In this document: piece after piece, positions 20,608 through 37,415 of the stretch
Layout: each line of letters starts with the position of its first letter
Position numbering within the stretch: position 1 is the first letter of the stretch
Assembly: GCF_009914755.1 (NCBI RefSeq)
Contig: NC_060931.1
DNA length: 64,000 bases
Origin: the human T2T-CHM13v2.0 reference genome, Homo sapiens
Strand: one strand, 5' to 3'
The notes under the pieces: generated by a model
What the model was told of the DNA's origin: nothing
The model's database searches: none
Seen by the model: the letters and a program-made list of their open reading frames with translations, nothing else
Translations under genes and position numbers: made by a program

Positions 20608-20713
20608 AGGAAGGAGGGAGGGAGCGGGGGAGAGAGAGAAAGAGAAGGAGGGGAGTGGAGGGGAGGGGAGGGAAGGGGACAGCAGGGCAGGACAGGGCAG
20701 GGCAGGGCAGGGA
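20608..20713 (+). repeat. GA-rich / (GGGCA)n low-complexity tract with G4 potential
   Basis: ggggagtggaggggaggggagggaagggg and gggcagggcagggcaggg. Confidence 0.8.
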
Positions 20714-21559
20714 AGACTCTTAGACCATAGTCAGAACAACCCAGGCACCTATTCTGAGAAGGAAAATACATGATGGCCCAAGACCTGAACCTGAGCAGAG
20801 GCCAGACCTTGGGTGCCTGGAAGAGGTTTGGCGGGGCCAGGCAGAACACCACACTTACGGGTGGTAGCCAAACCAGGCATCGAGTGGAGGAAAGGGATGA
20901 GGATCTTTGGGGTGTTTCCACTTGGAAGTCCAGGTGGAAGGCTCAGTAGAGAGCGGGCCTGAGCTGAAGCTGAGTGAGACTCTTGTCTCTGAGGACAGCT
21001 GGCAGGAAGAAGGTGTGCCCTGTAGTGAGAGGGGCCAAGCACAGGGAGCCATCCTCACTGCACACACCTGCACAGTAGTGGCCCAGGTACTTCCCACCCC
21101 TATAGCTCCACCCAGCCCCAGAGATCCTGGAACCTTCTCCAGAGGCTAATTAACTTTCCAAACCTGCTCTTATAGGATAAATCACCTCCAAATCCATCTC
21201 CCCACCATCCCCATAGGAAAAATAATTTGCTGTATAAGGAAGCATCATTGCACTAGCAAATCTGGCGATCTTATTGATACATCTGCCTCAGTAATCAGGA
21301 CACTGATGATTTACATTTGAACTACAGTGCGTATACATCTTGCAAATTAGTTTTGAAAAAATTTGAGGGCTAAAAATATTTTTCAGAACAGATATGTCTC
21401 TCTAACACATAATTGTGGACTATCTGGTTAAGCCAGCGAATGAAATTGAAGATACTAAAGATAATTAAAGGATGATTTTTAAATAAAAAAGAAACAAAAA
21501 ACAATTACAACAAAAAGCCATGAGCAAGTAAAATAATTGAAGTACAAACCCCAAACATG

Positions 21560-22286
21560 AGCAACACACAGATTCTAAGTGTCCAGCTCGACTCAACACT
21601 AGCAACACACAGAGTCTGGGTGTTGAGTTCTACTCAACACTAGCAACGCATAAATTCTGGATGTCAAGTTCCATTCAACACTAGCAAGTTCCACTCAACG
21701 CTAGTCAGACTCCAGGTGTAGAGTTCCACTCAACACTAGCAACGCATAAATTCTGGGTGTCAAGTTCCATATAACACTAGCAAGTTCCATTCAACACTAG
21801 TCAGACTCCAGGTGTAGAGTTCCACTCAACACTAGCAATGATCAGATTCCAGGTGTCAAGTTCGACTCAATGCTAGCAATGCAGATTCCAAGTGTAGAGT
21901 TCCACTCGACCCTAGCAATGCACAGATTCCGGTGTTAAGTTCCACTCAATGCCAGCAACGCATAAATTCTGGGTGTCAAGTTCCTTACAGCACTAGCAAT
22001 GCATGCATTCTGGGTGTCAAGTTCCACACAACACTAGCAAGTTCCACTCAATGCTAGTCAGACTCCAGGTGTAGAGTTCCACTCAACACCAGCAATGATC
22101 AGATTCCAGGTGTCAAGTTTGACTCAATGCTAGCAATGCAGATTCCAGGTGTCAAGTTCCACTCGACCCTAGCAATGCACAGATTCCAGGTGTTAAATTC
22201 CACTCAATGTTAGCAATGCAGATCCCAGGTGTTGAGCTCCACTCAACACTAGCAACACACAGATTCCAGGTGTCGAGTTTGACTCC
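21560..22286. repeat. 41-bp minisatellite (about 18-20 units) with internal inverted repeat and higher-order structure
   Basis: Consensus agcaacacacagattccaggtgtcaagttccactcaacact, repeated head-to-tail with some shortened units. Confidence 0.95.
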
Positions 22287-23309
22287 GTACCTGCTGGGTG
22301 AAGCAAAAGCTCCAGAGTGTGCCAGGCTCTTGGTGCAAGCTGGATTCCAGGGAATACAGAATGGATCCTGGGAAAACTGTAACTGCAGTCTAATTTTATA
22401 TATTCAAGAGGTTATTCACATTTAATAACTCCTTTTGTAACCCTTAAGTGTATAGAAAAATGAATGTCTATGGAATTGTGGGTTATTCACTTCATAAGAA
22501 CCAAAGAGTTGAACTTCATCTTTGGATTAGTTTGGTTCCCATTCCCAAGACACTCCTGGTCCACAAGCAGACTGGGGAGCTTATATGGTGCATCTCAGTT
22601 CTAGACCAAGGCCTCCCTCCACTCAGATGAGGCCCTGGCCACAGGCTGGTCAGTGCGGGTTCCCGGGCCAACACCAGGCCTCCCACCTCCCATGCTAGCC
22701 CTCTGCCCCACACCACGCTGCCTCTGAGTTTCGAGATGAACCCAAGTGCATTTTCCTACTTTATTCTACCCTTTTGGAAGAGGTGAAAAACAAAATATAG
22801 ATATTTATAATTAAATAAAACCTTCTTTAGAATACATTTTTAACCAGAGTATGTTTGCTAAAATAATTGTTTAGAGATACACCATACTTTTAATTTTCAG
22901 ATTATTTTGTCACTTGAGTATTTCAACTCAACTGAGACTTAAATGGTTCAACTTGGTTTTCTCCTCCTTCTTCTCATGGAGAAACCAATATTTTCTTATT
23001 CTAAGCCTTATCTTATTCTATGGCTTTTCAGGTGACTAAGAAAACAGACTACTTCCCTTTCAGATGACTTCTCTGAGAAGATCTATGTTCAACTGAAGCG
23101 CTGGTCTTTGACCTGGAAAATTAAATATGATGTCCCACTCTTAGGAAAAAAAGGTAAATCTGAAGCCTAAAGATTTGGCTTCTGTTTCTGTCCTGGTAGC
23201 AAAATAAGACTTGAAGCTTCTGAGCCTCCATCTTCTGAAATGTCACACAGCAGAAGAGGGCTGTTCTCTTTGCAAACTCACAGAGGTGTGCTTTCTGCAT
23301 GTGCTATGA

Positions 23310-23723
<414 letters not shown>

Positions 23724-24629
23724 TGACCTCTACATTTTTGGATATATCTATTATATAAAACCTTTTCTATTTGAGAAAAGAGAAAGGTGTGGTGCAGTGC
23801 TGGACAGCTGCACTTGTGGGAGCCTCCTGACTGCCCCTGAGTAGACCTGCCACTGCTGGTTGTAAAGGAACTGGAATTTTTAATTTGGGAATTGTAGGCA
23901 CTTAGTTATGCACAGTCACCCCCAAAAGTATGGAAACTTCTTGCTGTCAGCGGTTTTGCATGTTTCTGGCATTCCCTCCCCGCACCTGCCTGGCTGATTA
24001 TTAAGTACTCTTCTGACTGTATTAGGATAGTCATTTCATCGCCAAGGTGACAGAACGAGGTAGGTTTAGGATTAACTAACTCTCTGCTAAGCTAGTTTTC
24101 AAGTCCCCCATCTCTGTCTTCTGGAAGTGAGTCGAATGTACATATTAGAAACACCAAAGCTTCAATCTAAGCTAAACATTTGGGTATACCGGGTTTGGCT
24201 ACTGGCTTCTATAACTTTTCCCACCCACTCCTCACCATGCATGAATGAGGGCCAACCAAGTGATGAAGGGAGCTTCTAAGCGCCACATCCTCTCACGGCC
24301 ATGTGTCCTCCAGATAACCCAAGTGTCCCATGAGTTGAACTTTCCATGATAGTTGTATACAATGTAGACCACACAAGCACTTCCTGCCCATCCTGCCCAT
24401 TTTAGCATAGTTTGTTAGGGGAAAATAATTTACTCTTCATGATGACTTTAGAAAGCCTGCATTGGGGAAGCACTTCTGGAAACAGGTGACTTTTCAGCTC
24501 AATAAAACACTGTACTGAATGGCCTGCAGTGGCCTACAAGCAGTTAGTGTTTATCCTTGAGGACTGTGGCTCCATTTATACATGATACTTGACTATTGAT
24601 TCAGGATGGAGGAACTCAAAGAACACCCA

Positions 24630-25110
24630 GAAACACCTGGAGGTCCTGGGTTCAAGTCCTATTTTTGCTACTTAGTGTTCTGGATTGGGTAGCCAATTAA
24701 CCGCTCTATGTCTGATGTATTTTATTTTATTTTTATTTTTATTTTTGAGACAGGATCTTGCTCTGTTGGCCAGGCTGGAGTGCAGTGGTATGATCAGGGC
24801 TCACTGCCGCCTTGACCCTGCTGGGATCAAGGGATCCTCCACCTCAGCCTCCCAAGTAGAGGAGTACTAAAGGCATGTGCCACCATACCCAGCTAACTTT
24901 CTGATTTTTGGTAGAGACGAGATCTCCCTATGTTGCCCAGGCTGGGCTGGAACTCCTGGGCTGAAGAAATCCTCCTGCCTTGGCCTTCCAAAGTGCTGGG
25001 ATTACAGGTGTGAGACACTGCGACTGGCCATCTGATTTTTTTAATCTGCAATATAGACATATTACCAACTAACAGTGCTGTCGGGAAGATCAGTGTGAAT
25101 AACCTGTAGA
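24630..25110 (+). mobile_element. MIR split by an AluJ (Alu at 24719-25029, minus strand)
   Basis: cctgggttcaagtcct..ctacttagtg before the Alu; tttttaatctgcaatatagacatatt..gggaagat after it. Confidence 0.7.
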
Positions 25111-25339
25111 GAAGGACCCTGTATTTGTAGCGCTTTGCTCATTCTTTATGCCACATGGGCTTTTTAGGCAGTGCCGTGCCTGATGGCTCCCTGACATCTT
25201 TGTGCACAAGTTCATGTCTGGGAGGCAGACTGGATGATGTTAGAGGCGGAGACTTTATTTTTGTTGAGAGGAGAGAGTAATTCTTTGTGTCTCATAAATA
25301 TTACCTTTTGATTTAAGTCATCTGATCCATTTGATCTGA

Positions 25340-27410
<2,071 letters not shown>

Positions 27411-30043
27411 TGAAAAAGACAATGAAAAGCAAACACGAAGCACAAGACAACTAGAGAACGACTTCCCGTTCTCAGGGAGTTCCTCCTCTGAAGTCTCTGC
27501 CAGGCTAAGAGACAGAAGCTGGAAGGGACCTGTGCTGGGCTCCTGGCTTTCCATACTTTCGAGTTTCCTCAGCAAAGTTGGAGAGGCAGACTGTGCAGCA
27601 GATACCTCACTGGGTTATCACTATCTGATTCCTTCTTTTCTCTTGGCTCTGAAATTTTAGATAAGGATGTGTCACATATGTGAGATACAAAAACATGTGT
27701 GCCCTTCAGTATCGTGACTCTGCAATACAGCAAGTAGAAATGTTCAGAATAACCAAAATGTGAACACCTTAAGCAAATCTTCCATTTGAAAGAACCTCAC
27801 ACATCAGGATTTAATTATCCCAGTGAGGGTATATCTTTTAAATTAAATTGCTCTCCCAAAATTATAAAGCTAACCTGTTCTTCCCCACCAGGGAAACAAT
27901 GTAATGCTGTACAAAAAATAGCACCAATACATACCTCCCCACCCACCAATGGGGCACATGTTTGCTTAAAGTGCTTTTCCCATAGGAACAAATTTATTAT
28001 ATTACTCTGGTCTCCTTTGGCTAAATTTTAATATAGACACAATTCTTCAACATTCATGGGTTATCTATCTACCTACCTACCTACCTATCTATACCTCCAT
28101 TAAATTCAAGGTCTAAATCTGATCAGGAAGCTAAACTATACCTGGTTTGGTCAACTTGTTAAGAGGTATTGATCAGGAAAGACATTTTATTAAACAAGGA
28201 AGCAATTAAGCAATTATATGTGTTTGTCTGTGAATTTTGTATGATGCATTTGAAATTTACTTTCTATGAAGATTATGTAGCCTGCTGCCTGAATTTTTCT
28301 TCTGATCACATCTTACCAAAGAGGGCCAGCTATATCCAATAAAGATCAACTCCACTTACTTAATGGTCCCTCTAGTCTCAACCACTAGTATTGATCATTC
28401 CTGAGACTGCTGGCAACAGTCTAAAAGAGATTTGTATTTTGGGAGAGGGTATATTAATGTTTCCCTGGTCAGGGCTGCCCCTATAGTACTCTGGGCCTGG
28501 CCAAATACTTTTTTCAAAACTCCTGTTTAAAAAGCAATTTGAGTCATCCAAAATGAACAGGCCAGCACTGTTCTGGGACCCAGTCTCACAGCATCCTGCC
28601 AAAGAAATACCATGCCGGCCTACAAAAGAGATGAGCTCACCTCCCCACTCTCCTGGGATTGGTGCCTATCTGGCCACAGGGCCTCGGGATGACCCTGTAG
28701 GTGCAAGTCCCAGAGCTCCTCAGGGCATCTGGTTGACTCATGCATGGGGCGGGTGGGTAGAGGGTTGGAGAACATCCAAGAGGGGAAGACAGGCTGGGCT
28801 CAGGGGTCCTGCTCAGATGGCTCTGTGAGCCAGGCCACACACAGGCATTGGAGCTTAGAACTCTGAAGGAAGGCACTGCCAGGCCTGGGGCCCCTTAAGT
28901 CTAAGGATGACACCATCCTTGGTTTTCTAAGACAACCATTGGGAGTACACAATAAACATACTACCTTGACAATATTTAAGTGAACATTTAAAGCCACAAC
29001 CTTCTGTCCCCTGGGCTCAGAGGCTGAGAGCTGAGGTTGACTGGACATACAGATTATACACAACCCAGCAACAGTGGGGCAAGGGCCAGCCGTCTGAGAG
29101 AAGGGATGTCTTCAGGGATCAGACACATTCTGAAACTTATAGGTTCCTGGCATATAAATGGAAGTTTACACTCACTGCAATCATGATTACGTTTTCAGAA
29201 GAAAATGCTGACCAGTTTCTACGTAGGAACTGTTCTCCTGGCACAAGGTTACTAGACCATCAGACCAATTTCTCAGCAGTTCTGTAACTCAAGTGCTTAT
29301 GGCTTCTATCTCTGGACACACAGCTACTCACTCCCAGAACTGGAGTGTAGTATTGGAAGGCTAACAGTTTAGAGTGGTAGGTATTACCTCTGTGGCCTGG
29401 ACCCTAATTTAACAGATGCAGCCTCTGACCTGCCTGTCTCTGCAGGGAGGGATGCTTGTTTAACCCCTTAGCTCCTGACTATTTCTCTGAAGAACTCAGC
29501 CACATAACCGAGTTCAGGGAAAGGCACCTGCAGGCTCTACCTAGCAACCTCCTGATCCTGTCCCTCCCCATGTCTATCATATGCAGGTGGGGACAAGGTT
29601 CTAAACCCTTACCCAATGCCCAGGACATGCTTTGGATCCCCACTGGGATGGGAAACACAGGCACCTAGGGGAAGGGCTAATGAGATGGGAGGACACCCAA
29701 GACCTTCCCTGCTCCATGGTGTCTCTCAAGAGGAACCTTCTAATGAGAATGGTATTGCGACCCTAGGAACTTGGACGAAGCCCTGCCTATGGAAAACCAA
29801 TCAGGCAAGGATCGAGGGATTGTAAATACCCAAGGACACTGTGCCCACAGCCCAGGGCTGCCCAGCCCACCTCCTGAGCATTTTGGTTCAGCTGTTGGCA
29901 GTTCAGAGAGAGCAGCTGTGCAGCCTAAATTGTCCCCAAAATGGCATCTGTCTCTCTGCCCTGGCTCTGCAGAGGGCCTGAGCCACACAGGCTCTCACCA
30001 TTCGTGAGCTCGAATACTCCTTCAAAGGAGATCCTGAGCTTTG

Positions 30044-30097
30044 GTGTGTGTGCAGGTGTGTGTGCGTGCATGTGTGTGTGTGTACATACATGTATGC
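30044..30097. repeat. Imperfect (TG)n microsatellite
   Basis: gtgtgtgtgcaggtgtgtgtgcgtgcatgtgtgtgtgtgtacatacatg. Confidence 0.85.
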
Positions 30098-31012
30098 AGT
30101 ATGAGTAAAGTTCTTTTAAAAAGAAATCTCATACATTCTATGGCCATTTCTTAGGAGATATTTGAAAGTGGGGAAATCACATAAATCACATCACCTTAGA
30201 CTTCAGTCAATCTAGCTCTAAAATGGGCTTCAACTAGAAGAATTCTTGGGTTCCATCTATGGTTTTGTTCTGTAAACTTCAAAAACAATGTGGTAATACT
30301 GTGAACAGGCTTCAGGGGTTCAAATGGGAGTAAATTGGTGGGCTGTTTTTTCTGTTTCTTGGATTGCATCAGTAATATTTTACTGAAAGCATCAGTTTGC
30401 TTTGTAGAAGATCTGATGTGGGAAAGGTGGGAAGGAGTGGATGGGTTTCATCAAGATCCCAGGCAGCTGAATTATCATTATTTTTGTCCAGAGATCCCTT
30501 AAGCCCGAACATCACACAAACACACACAAAAGGTTAGCACCCATCAGTAACATGCAGAATTGAATACATTCTACAAAGCTTTACAGTCAGAGGAATGGCC
30601 CTGGTTCTCAGTTCAAAATGATTTCAGTGAAAATATCCCAGCGAAGTATGGAATATTTCCACAATATAAGGAATAGTTCCCCTAGACCTTTTCTTCTTGG
30701 TCATAGTTACCACCCTTCTCTTGGATCACCAACAAATATAGCAATGGCAGCCGCCAACTCTGGACTTTTCCTGCTGCCTGAAGTCAGCTAATAGGTCATT
30801 TCCCTGTCACCTCCTGGCTGATGGGAATTGAAGGAACAATTATGTTTCACATGCTTGGGCTGATCGACGAACAAATCATCAGCTGCTAATTGAACTATGG
30901 CTAAAACTCTAAATGCTCTAACCAAAGATACTGTTGGTGTCATTGGGTTTGAGAGTTTGCCACCCACGGCTGGAGCCCCTGCTTCTGAGCTCCACTTCAG
31001 GCTACACAATGG

Positions 31013-31213
31013 CGGGAGTCAGCAAACTATGGCCCCGGGGCCTGCTGTTTTGTAAATAAAGTTTTATTGGTACACAGTCACACCCGTTCATCTATGTGTT
31101 GACTATTGCTTCAGGTAAAAGGAGAGTTGAGTAGTTGATACAAAAACTGTAGGTCCTGGAAAGCCTAAAATATTTACTATTTGACCCTTGATGTAGAATT
31201 TTGCTGACCCCTG
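31013..31213 (+). mobile_element. MER58A hAT-Charlie DNA transposon
   Basis: TIRs cgggagtcagcaaa / ttgctgacccctg; internal ttttgtaaataaagttttattgg and aaagcctaaaatatttactat. Confidence 0.88.
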
Positions 31214-31378
31214 CTCTGGGGATGGCTGCTGAGCACTTACTGTGGTCAGAAAATGACCAGCAGAGGGTGGACCTGCAGGTGTATTGGCTGTCAGCTGTGG
31301 CCATTTCAGAAGCACCCATCTTTATCAATGGATGTGAAATGGCTGATTTAACAAGTGCCTTTTATCTAAAAGTAATAA

Positions 31379-31650
31379 GGCCAGGCTCAGTGACTCACTA
31401 CTGTAATCCCAGCATATTGGGAGGCCGAGGCGGGCAGATCGCCTGAGATCAGGAGTTTGAGACCAGCCTGACCAACATGGTGAAACCCGGTCTCTACTAA
31501 AAATACAAAAAATTAGCTGGGCATGGTGGTGCATGCCTGTAATCCCTGCTACTTAGGAGGCTTGAACCTAGGAAGCAGAGGTTGCAGTGAGCCGAGATCC
31601 CGCCATTGCACTCCAGCCTGGGCAAGCAAAACTCCATCTTAAAATAAAAT
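31379..31650 (+). mobile_element. Alu SINE with small internal deletions
   Basis: Alu dimer lacking tgaggcaggagaatc; TSD aaaagtaa(t/c)aa. Confidence 0.92.
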
Positions 31651-33004
31651 AAAGTAAAAGTAACAACTCTCCTCTTGTATAAGCGGCAGGGAGTTGAGAT
31701 CACTTACTTTGCTTTCTATAATCCCAGAGTAAAAGTTCACTTGATCCAGAAGGCAGACTCGTTCAAAGACTAACATCAGGGCCACAAAAGCTGCAATTGC
31801 GGCCATCACATTAATTTTTAGGCAGGCCACTTCATCAGGTTTTATGCTTTTTATGTACACTGAAAACTTAGCTTGGCTTGTCCAGCCATGGGACTGTCAG
31901 GTAAAGAATGCTTGTAATTATGTACGTAACAGGGAGTTTATCTGTTGGGTGGACATTTGGGCAGGTACTTGCAGTCTTCCAACTCTGGCAAGTCAAGGGC
32001 TTGTTTCTGATTGGAAAGCCGATTCAGCCAGTGTGTGCTGCTTACTGGATTTCTTGTGTGTTCAGGAAAATGCTGTAGCTACAGAGTCCCCCATCCTCTA
32101 GCTGTGGATCAGGTCCCATGCTCCTGGGTTTCTGGTCCTGGATTACCTGAGCTATGTGATCACAAATGAATCCCTTATTCTTATAGATGAGGGAACTGAA
32201 GTTAAGAGGTTTTGCCGGAACTAAGTGAACCCTAAGGTTACCTCCTGATAATGTTCTAATCCCAGAATGGATTGGCCTGAAATATCAGCCAATGACATAA
32301 ATTTGCTAAACTCCTAAGAAATATTTTCCATACAAGAGGCATCTCAGTCTAGCATTGCAGCGGGCATAAAACTCAACACAAGAATACCAAGGTTATGGAC
32401 TGAGGCCTGCTCTGTAGGTGCTCACAGTCTTGGGAAGAGTCAGGCTGGGAGACAGAGGGTCCAGAGAGCACCTGTTCTCTCCATCCTGATGGTAACATGC
32501 AATGTGAAGATACACCAGTTAGATTAGCTGCTGGTCGCACCCCATCCCTGTACCCCTGGTTCATGTGCTGGACAGGCAGCAGCTGCCTCCTGTGAAAAAA
32601 TTATGTCTCCTCCTTCACCTGCTCTCTTCCATGTGGCAAGCCTACCCCACTGCTTTCTCTGTCACTGTCCTGTAGCCAGCACCTCCAGCAACCCCTTTAT
32701 CTCACTTACACCTAAGAAAAGTCTCTCCAAACTACTGTAATGTGACATCTAGGATGCACCAAGGGATAAAAGAGTCCAACAGTGTGGTTTCTGTGGAGAA
32801 CCCCAGGCTAAGGTCAAAGAACAGGGTATAGAGAGGTGAAAGATGAAGGCAGGAAAGAAAGGCCGTGCCAGGCCATGCAATGTGTCGTGTGCCAAACTCA
32901 AATGTGTGGGGTTGATCTCGTGGGCAGGTGATGCTCAAAGGTGATGGAAAAGCCTCTTTAAAAGCATGCCTGCCTCCTCAGCCCCAGGGAAATGTTGTTG
33001 TTGC

Positions 33005-33325
33005 CTTAGGTCAGGTTCCCCAGAAGCAGAGGCTGAGGCGGGGCTGTGGGGATTATTGGGGAGCATGATGTTAATAGGAGGAGGGAGGGAAGCGGCCTGG
33101 GGCAGGGGAGACAGGAGGCACTGATGTGGTCCCAACTGGAGACCAGCTGCAGTCGAATGCCATCTGGAAGTGAAAGCATGCAATGCACTTCACAGCTGGT
33201 CCCTGAGGGAGGGCAAGGGGATGGCTATGTGTGTACCTGCCTCCATCAGTGACAGGCTGCAGGGTCTTGGGGCAACCTCCCAGCAAGGGAGGTCTGGGTG
33301 AGCACCAAGAGCCGTCACTGCTACT
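33005..33325. mobile_element. ERVL LTR16/LTR33-like fossil
   Basis: ttaggtcaggttccccagaagcagaggctgag..ttattggggag start and gagcaccaagagc..ctgctac end. Confidence 0.55.
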
Positions 33326-36300
33326 GTCTGCTTCCCGTCGAACACAACTGGAAGCATTGATGGCGGGGCATTGCCTGTGTGAACCGTGTCGAGACCAAAA
33401 TGCTTTCTAAGAAGTGACAGTATTGCCAGTCACAGGCTTACAAGCGCAGGAATGCAGTGACAAGATCAGATCAGTGCTGAGGAGGCTCTGGGGACAGGGT
33501 GAAGGGCAGTCCAGGAACAGAAAGCCCGCAGCTCAGAGACCAGCCAGGGGCTGCTGAGAAGGTCTAGGGAGGAGGTGACCTGGATGGATGGGGGAGGCCT
33601 GGGGCAAGCATCCTGGGGCGGGCAGAAGCAATCAGGTGCCCCAGGTCTAATGCCGGCAGGTGGGACACATGTTGGCAGCTTCCATGGAAGAAGCCTCTAC
33701 TGAAAACCACATCGGGTTCTGGGGAAGCACTGGGGAGGCCATCGTCTGAGCTTTAGGGACAACCTTGCTATGCACGGACAGTGGTAGTCAGTCCGCTGTA
33801 GGAATCTAGGGGTTAGATGACAGTCTACAGATCTGGACCCATTGCAGACAAGATCACGGAGTCCCGGCAGGAAGCAGCTATCTGGGAACAGGTGTGGAGG
33901 AGGAAGACAGGCGACCTTGCCAGCCTCTCTCCTGGCCTTTAAGAGGAGAATGGGGAGGAAGAGCCTCCAGAGAGGCCCAAGCGAGTGAATCATGGGGGGG
34001 AAAGCACTTTGGTGGATTCTCCCAACTTGAATCACCAGGTTCCTGACACTTTGCTCAGAGTCCGCGTCTGCATGAATAAATGTAGATATGAAAGGGGATG
34101 ACATGGAGGACCTGGCCTGGGCCAGCGCTCCAGGAATCAGGACTGTGCAGCCGCTCTCAGGCCTGGGAATGGAGAGAACCCAGACATCGCAGGTGCTTAC
34201 TGGAAGCCATCCTAGGTGAAATTCTCTCTTCTCCCTCGTGCTGAGACCATAAGATGCCCATTCTTTGGAGACTTGGCAAATATGAGCTCAGACTGACCCT
34301 CCAGTCCTTCTGCAGATGTGCCCTCGGGCCTTTCTTTCCTAGGGCTGACTTGGCAATCTCACACAGCAAACAATTCCCCTTTTGCTCTGTTTTTCAGTAT
34401 ATCCTCCCAGAAAAAGCCACGTCTCCACGGAGCCCTGGTATTTGGTCCCAGAGATCAGCAGGTTGGCAGGCGAGTCCCCCTGTTCTCCCAGGATTGGTTT
34501 CCCCCATCCTTGGCTGTTTCCAGGGCTTCCTCTGTAAGTCAAGGTGGGTGCCCAAGTGCTGAGGGCAAGTGGGGGGCCTTGCCAAATGAGAGAGGGAGCT
34601 CTCAAAAGTTCTGTTTATTTCCTGTTTATGGACTAAATTTTTAAGTTCCAAATTGAAGGTGAAATGTCCAAATGGCACATTCTTTTTTTCTTAGAACAGC
34701 AAAACAAAAGCAAACCTCTAAACCTCCCCGTGAAGGTGACATCATAATAAGGCATCAGAATCCCACTGTGATCCCTTCTCTGGACAGTTTGCTGTAGTTT
34801 CAAGCGATGCTGGGGAAAGAAACCGCATTGGTTCTGCTTGCTAATCATTACAACACCACGAATCAAATCATATTGTAACAATGAGAAAAAAAGAGCCGCC
34901 TTCCCCCAATGAGCTTGTGTGGGAAGCAGTGTATCTGCCTGCTGGAACTTTCCCGGTGGTCTGAGCTGCCCATGCCGGGGGCGGTGGAGGGTACCACTGG
35001 AGCGGGGGGTACCACGGTGGGGAGTGTCCACAATCCCGGCTTCCCCATGTCCTACACATCACTGAGTCAGTGGCAGCCACTGCTCCGTCTTCTCTTCATC
35101 CCAGAACTTCCCCTATAACATTTGGGATTCCTATCCTAGCAGTTAAATTGTTGTTTTCCAGTTCTCTATAATCTTTTCTGTTTCTTCTTCATCCATCCAT
35201 TTCCTTCCAAATGCCAGAAGCATGATCAAGTCTTAAATATGACTTTTTTATAATCCTGCTATGCACAGGGCCTAAAATGCTCTCGGTGGGGAGCCCCCCA
35301 AGAAGAGCAGTTCAGAATCCCCAGAGCTATTTAAGTTTTGCAATCATGTTGGTAAACAGGTGGGCCCTCCCCAACAGCACACTTCTGAGGTGCCATTCAT
35401 CATCCCACTCACATCCTCCTATGCTGGGGGACCAGCTCCAGATGTTGCACCAGATGGAGCTTCGGAGGGAAGGAATCTCACTGCAATTCCCCATCCAGCA
35501 GCCAGAAGGCAGGGCAGGGCTTGAAACAACAGTCCCAGAGCCAAGCATCCTGGAGGGCTTCGCTAGGTGCTTGGGCAGCCTCTGGGGCATGGGGCTGGGG
35601 CAGCGTGTGCAGGATGAGTGGGGTGGGTAGGTTTTGAGATGGAGCTGACAGCTGGAGCCTGTGTTCCTTCACTGTAAAGGCACTGCAATTGTTCTGCTGA
35701 TGCGGTGCAGCTATCCTGGGGGTTCACGGACTGCAGGGGAATGGCCATTGGAGGGATGAAGCTCCCTTTGGACAGAGCTGTGAGGTTTCTGCCCAGTATA
35801 GGTCTGCTGGAGATACTGCACCATACTCATCGTGCTCTGCCTCCTGCTTTCTAGCTAAATCCCCATCTGCTACAGGCATCTATTTCCTCGTGTCAATGTT
35901 ATACACACGTAAGCACACAGAGCAGCCAGGATGATGGTGCAAACCCACATCACTTGTATCATCCTGATTTCCTTATATTGACCCACATGGTGGCTGCACT
36001 GTACCCCAGAAGCAGCCCCTGCTTCAGTCACAGGGCATTCTCAGCAGGCGTGAGAACAGCTAATACATGCTTGCAATAAGAGTGATGGGGGTGAGGCATT
36101 TTGGAAGCATTTTAAATTCCTAGCCTAAAAATAGCACGTGTCCTTTAATGACATTTGAAATTTCAAATAAATTAAATATCACTGCTTCAGAAAATTAAAG
36201 CCTTCTAGTAGTGAGCAGGCTGTGAGCATCACGCGTGACAGACGTGGCCATGCCAGGAGAGTGCCCACTGCAGCATGGGCACAGGGCAAGCTCTGGGGGT

Positions 36301-36971
36301 CTCTGGATCCCTGAATTCTCCTTGTGACCTCTGTGCCTGCTCACCTCATCGCTCCACTTTCCAGAAGAGGCAGGTGGGACTTGGGACAAATCCTGTGCAC
36401 ACGGTCACACGTCAGAAAGCAGCAGAGCCTGCGCGGAACACCTCCCGGTTCCCTCAGGGCAGGCTCTGCCTTCCTGCCCCACCCTCTCCATCCCAGCCCT
36501 CCAGTCCAGGCCCGCTGGCTGGAACGTTGGCCAGCAAACATGTGCAGAGAGTCTGAGGCTGACCCCATGGTCCCTCACCGTCCCCGGGCGGTTGCTGGTG
36601 TCAGGTGTGAGTCAGACGGGGGACCTCCCATTACTCCCCAGGCCTTGCTCAGTGGATTTGAAGGAGGTGACTCCCTTCAGACTTTGCGGGCCACAGCCTC
36701 GGGCAAGCCATGGCTCACTAAAATTTCATGAGTAGCCATAGGACCTCAGCTACCAGGACACCTTCACGGTCCGCTCTGGCTCCTAAAATTCATGGAGTGC
36801 TGGTCTCGGACGTGATCCACCTGGGACAAGTGTGATCGGGAGTGGGAGGTAAAGGGAATAACTGTGAGGTTTGGGTTCATTTAGGAAAGATAAGCTTGGG
36901 CTATCGAAAGCACTGCTTTTGTTTCCTTCATTTAAACATCAAAACTATTTCATGTGCTGTAAAAAAAATCA

Positions 36972-37415
<444 letters not shown>

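Noticed and set aside
21560-22286. CRISPR-like appearance (palindromic repeat with regular period)
   Set aside because: The intervening segments are themselves repeated rather than unique spacers, there are no cas genes, and the context is primate genomic DNA. It is a minisatellite.
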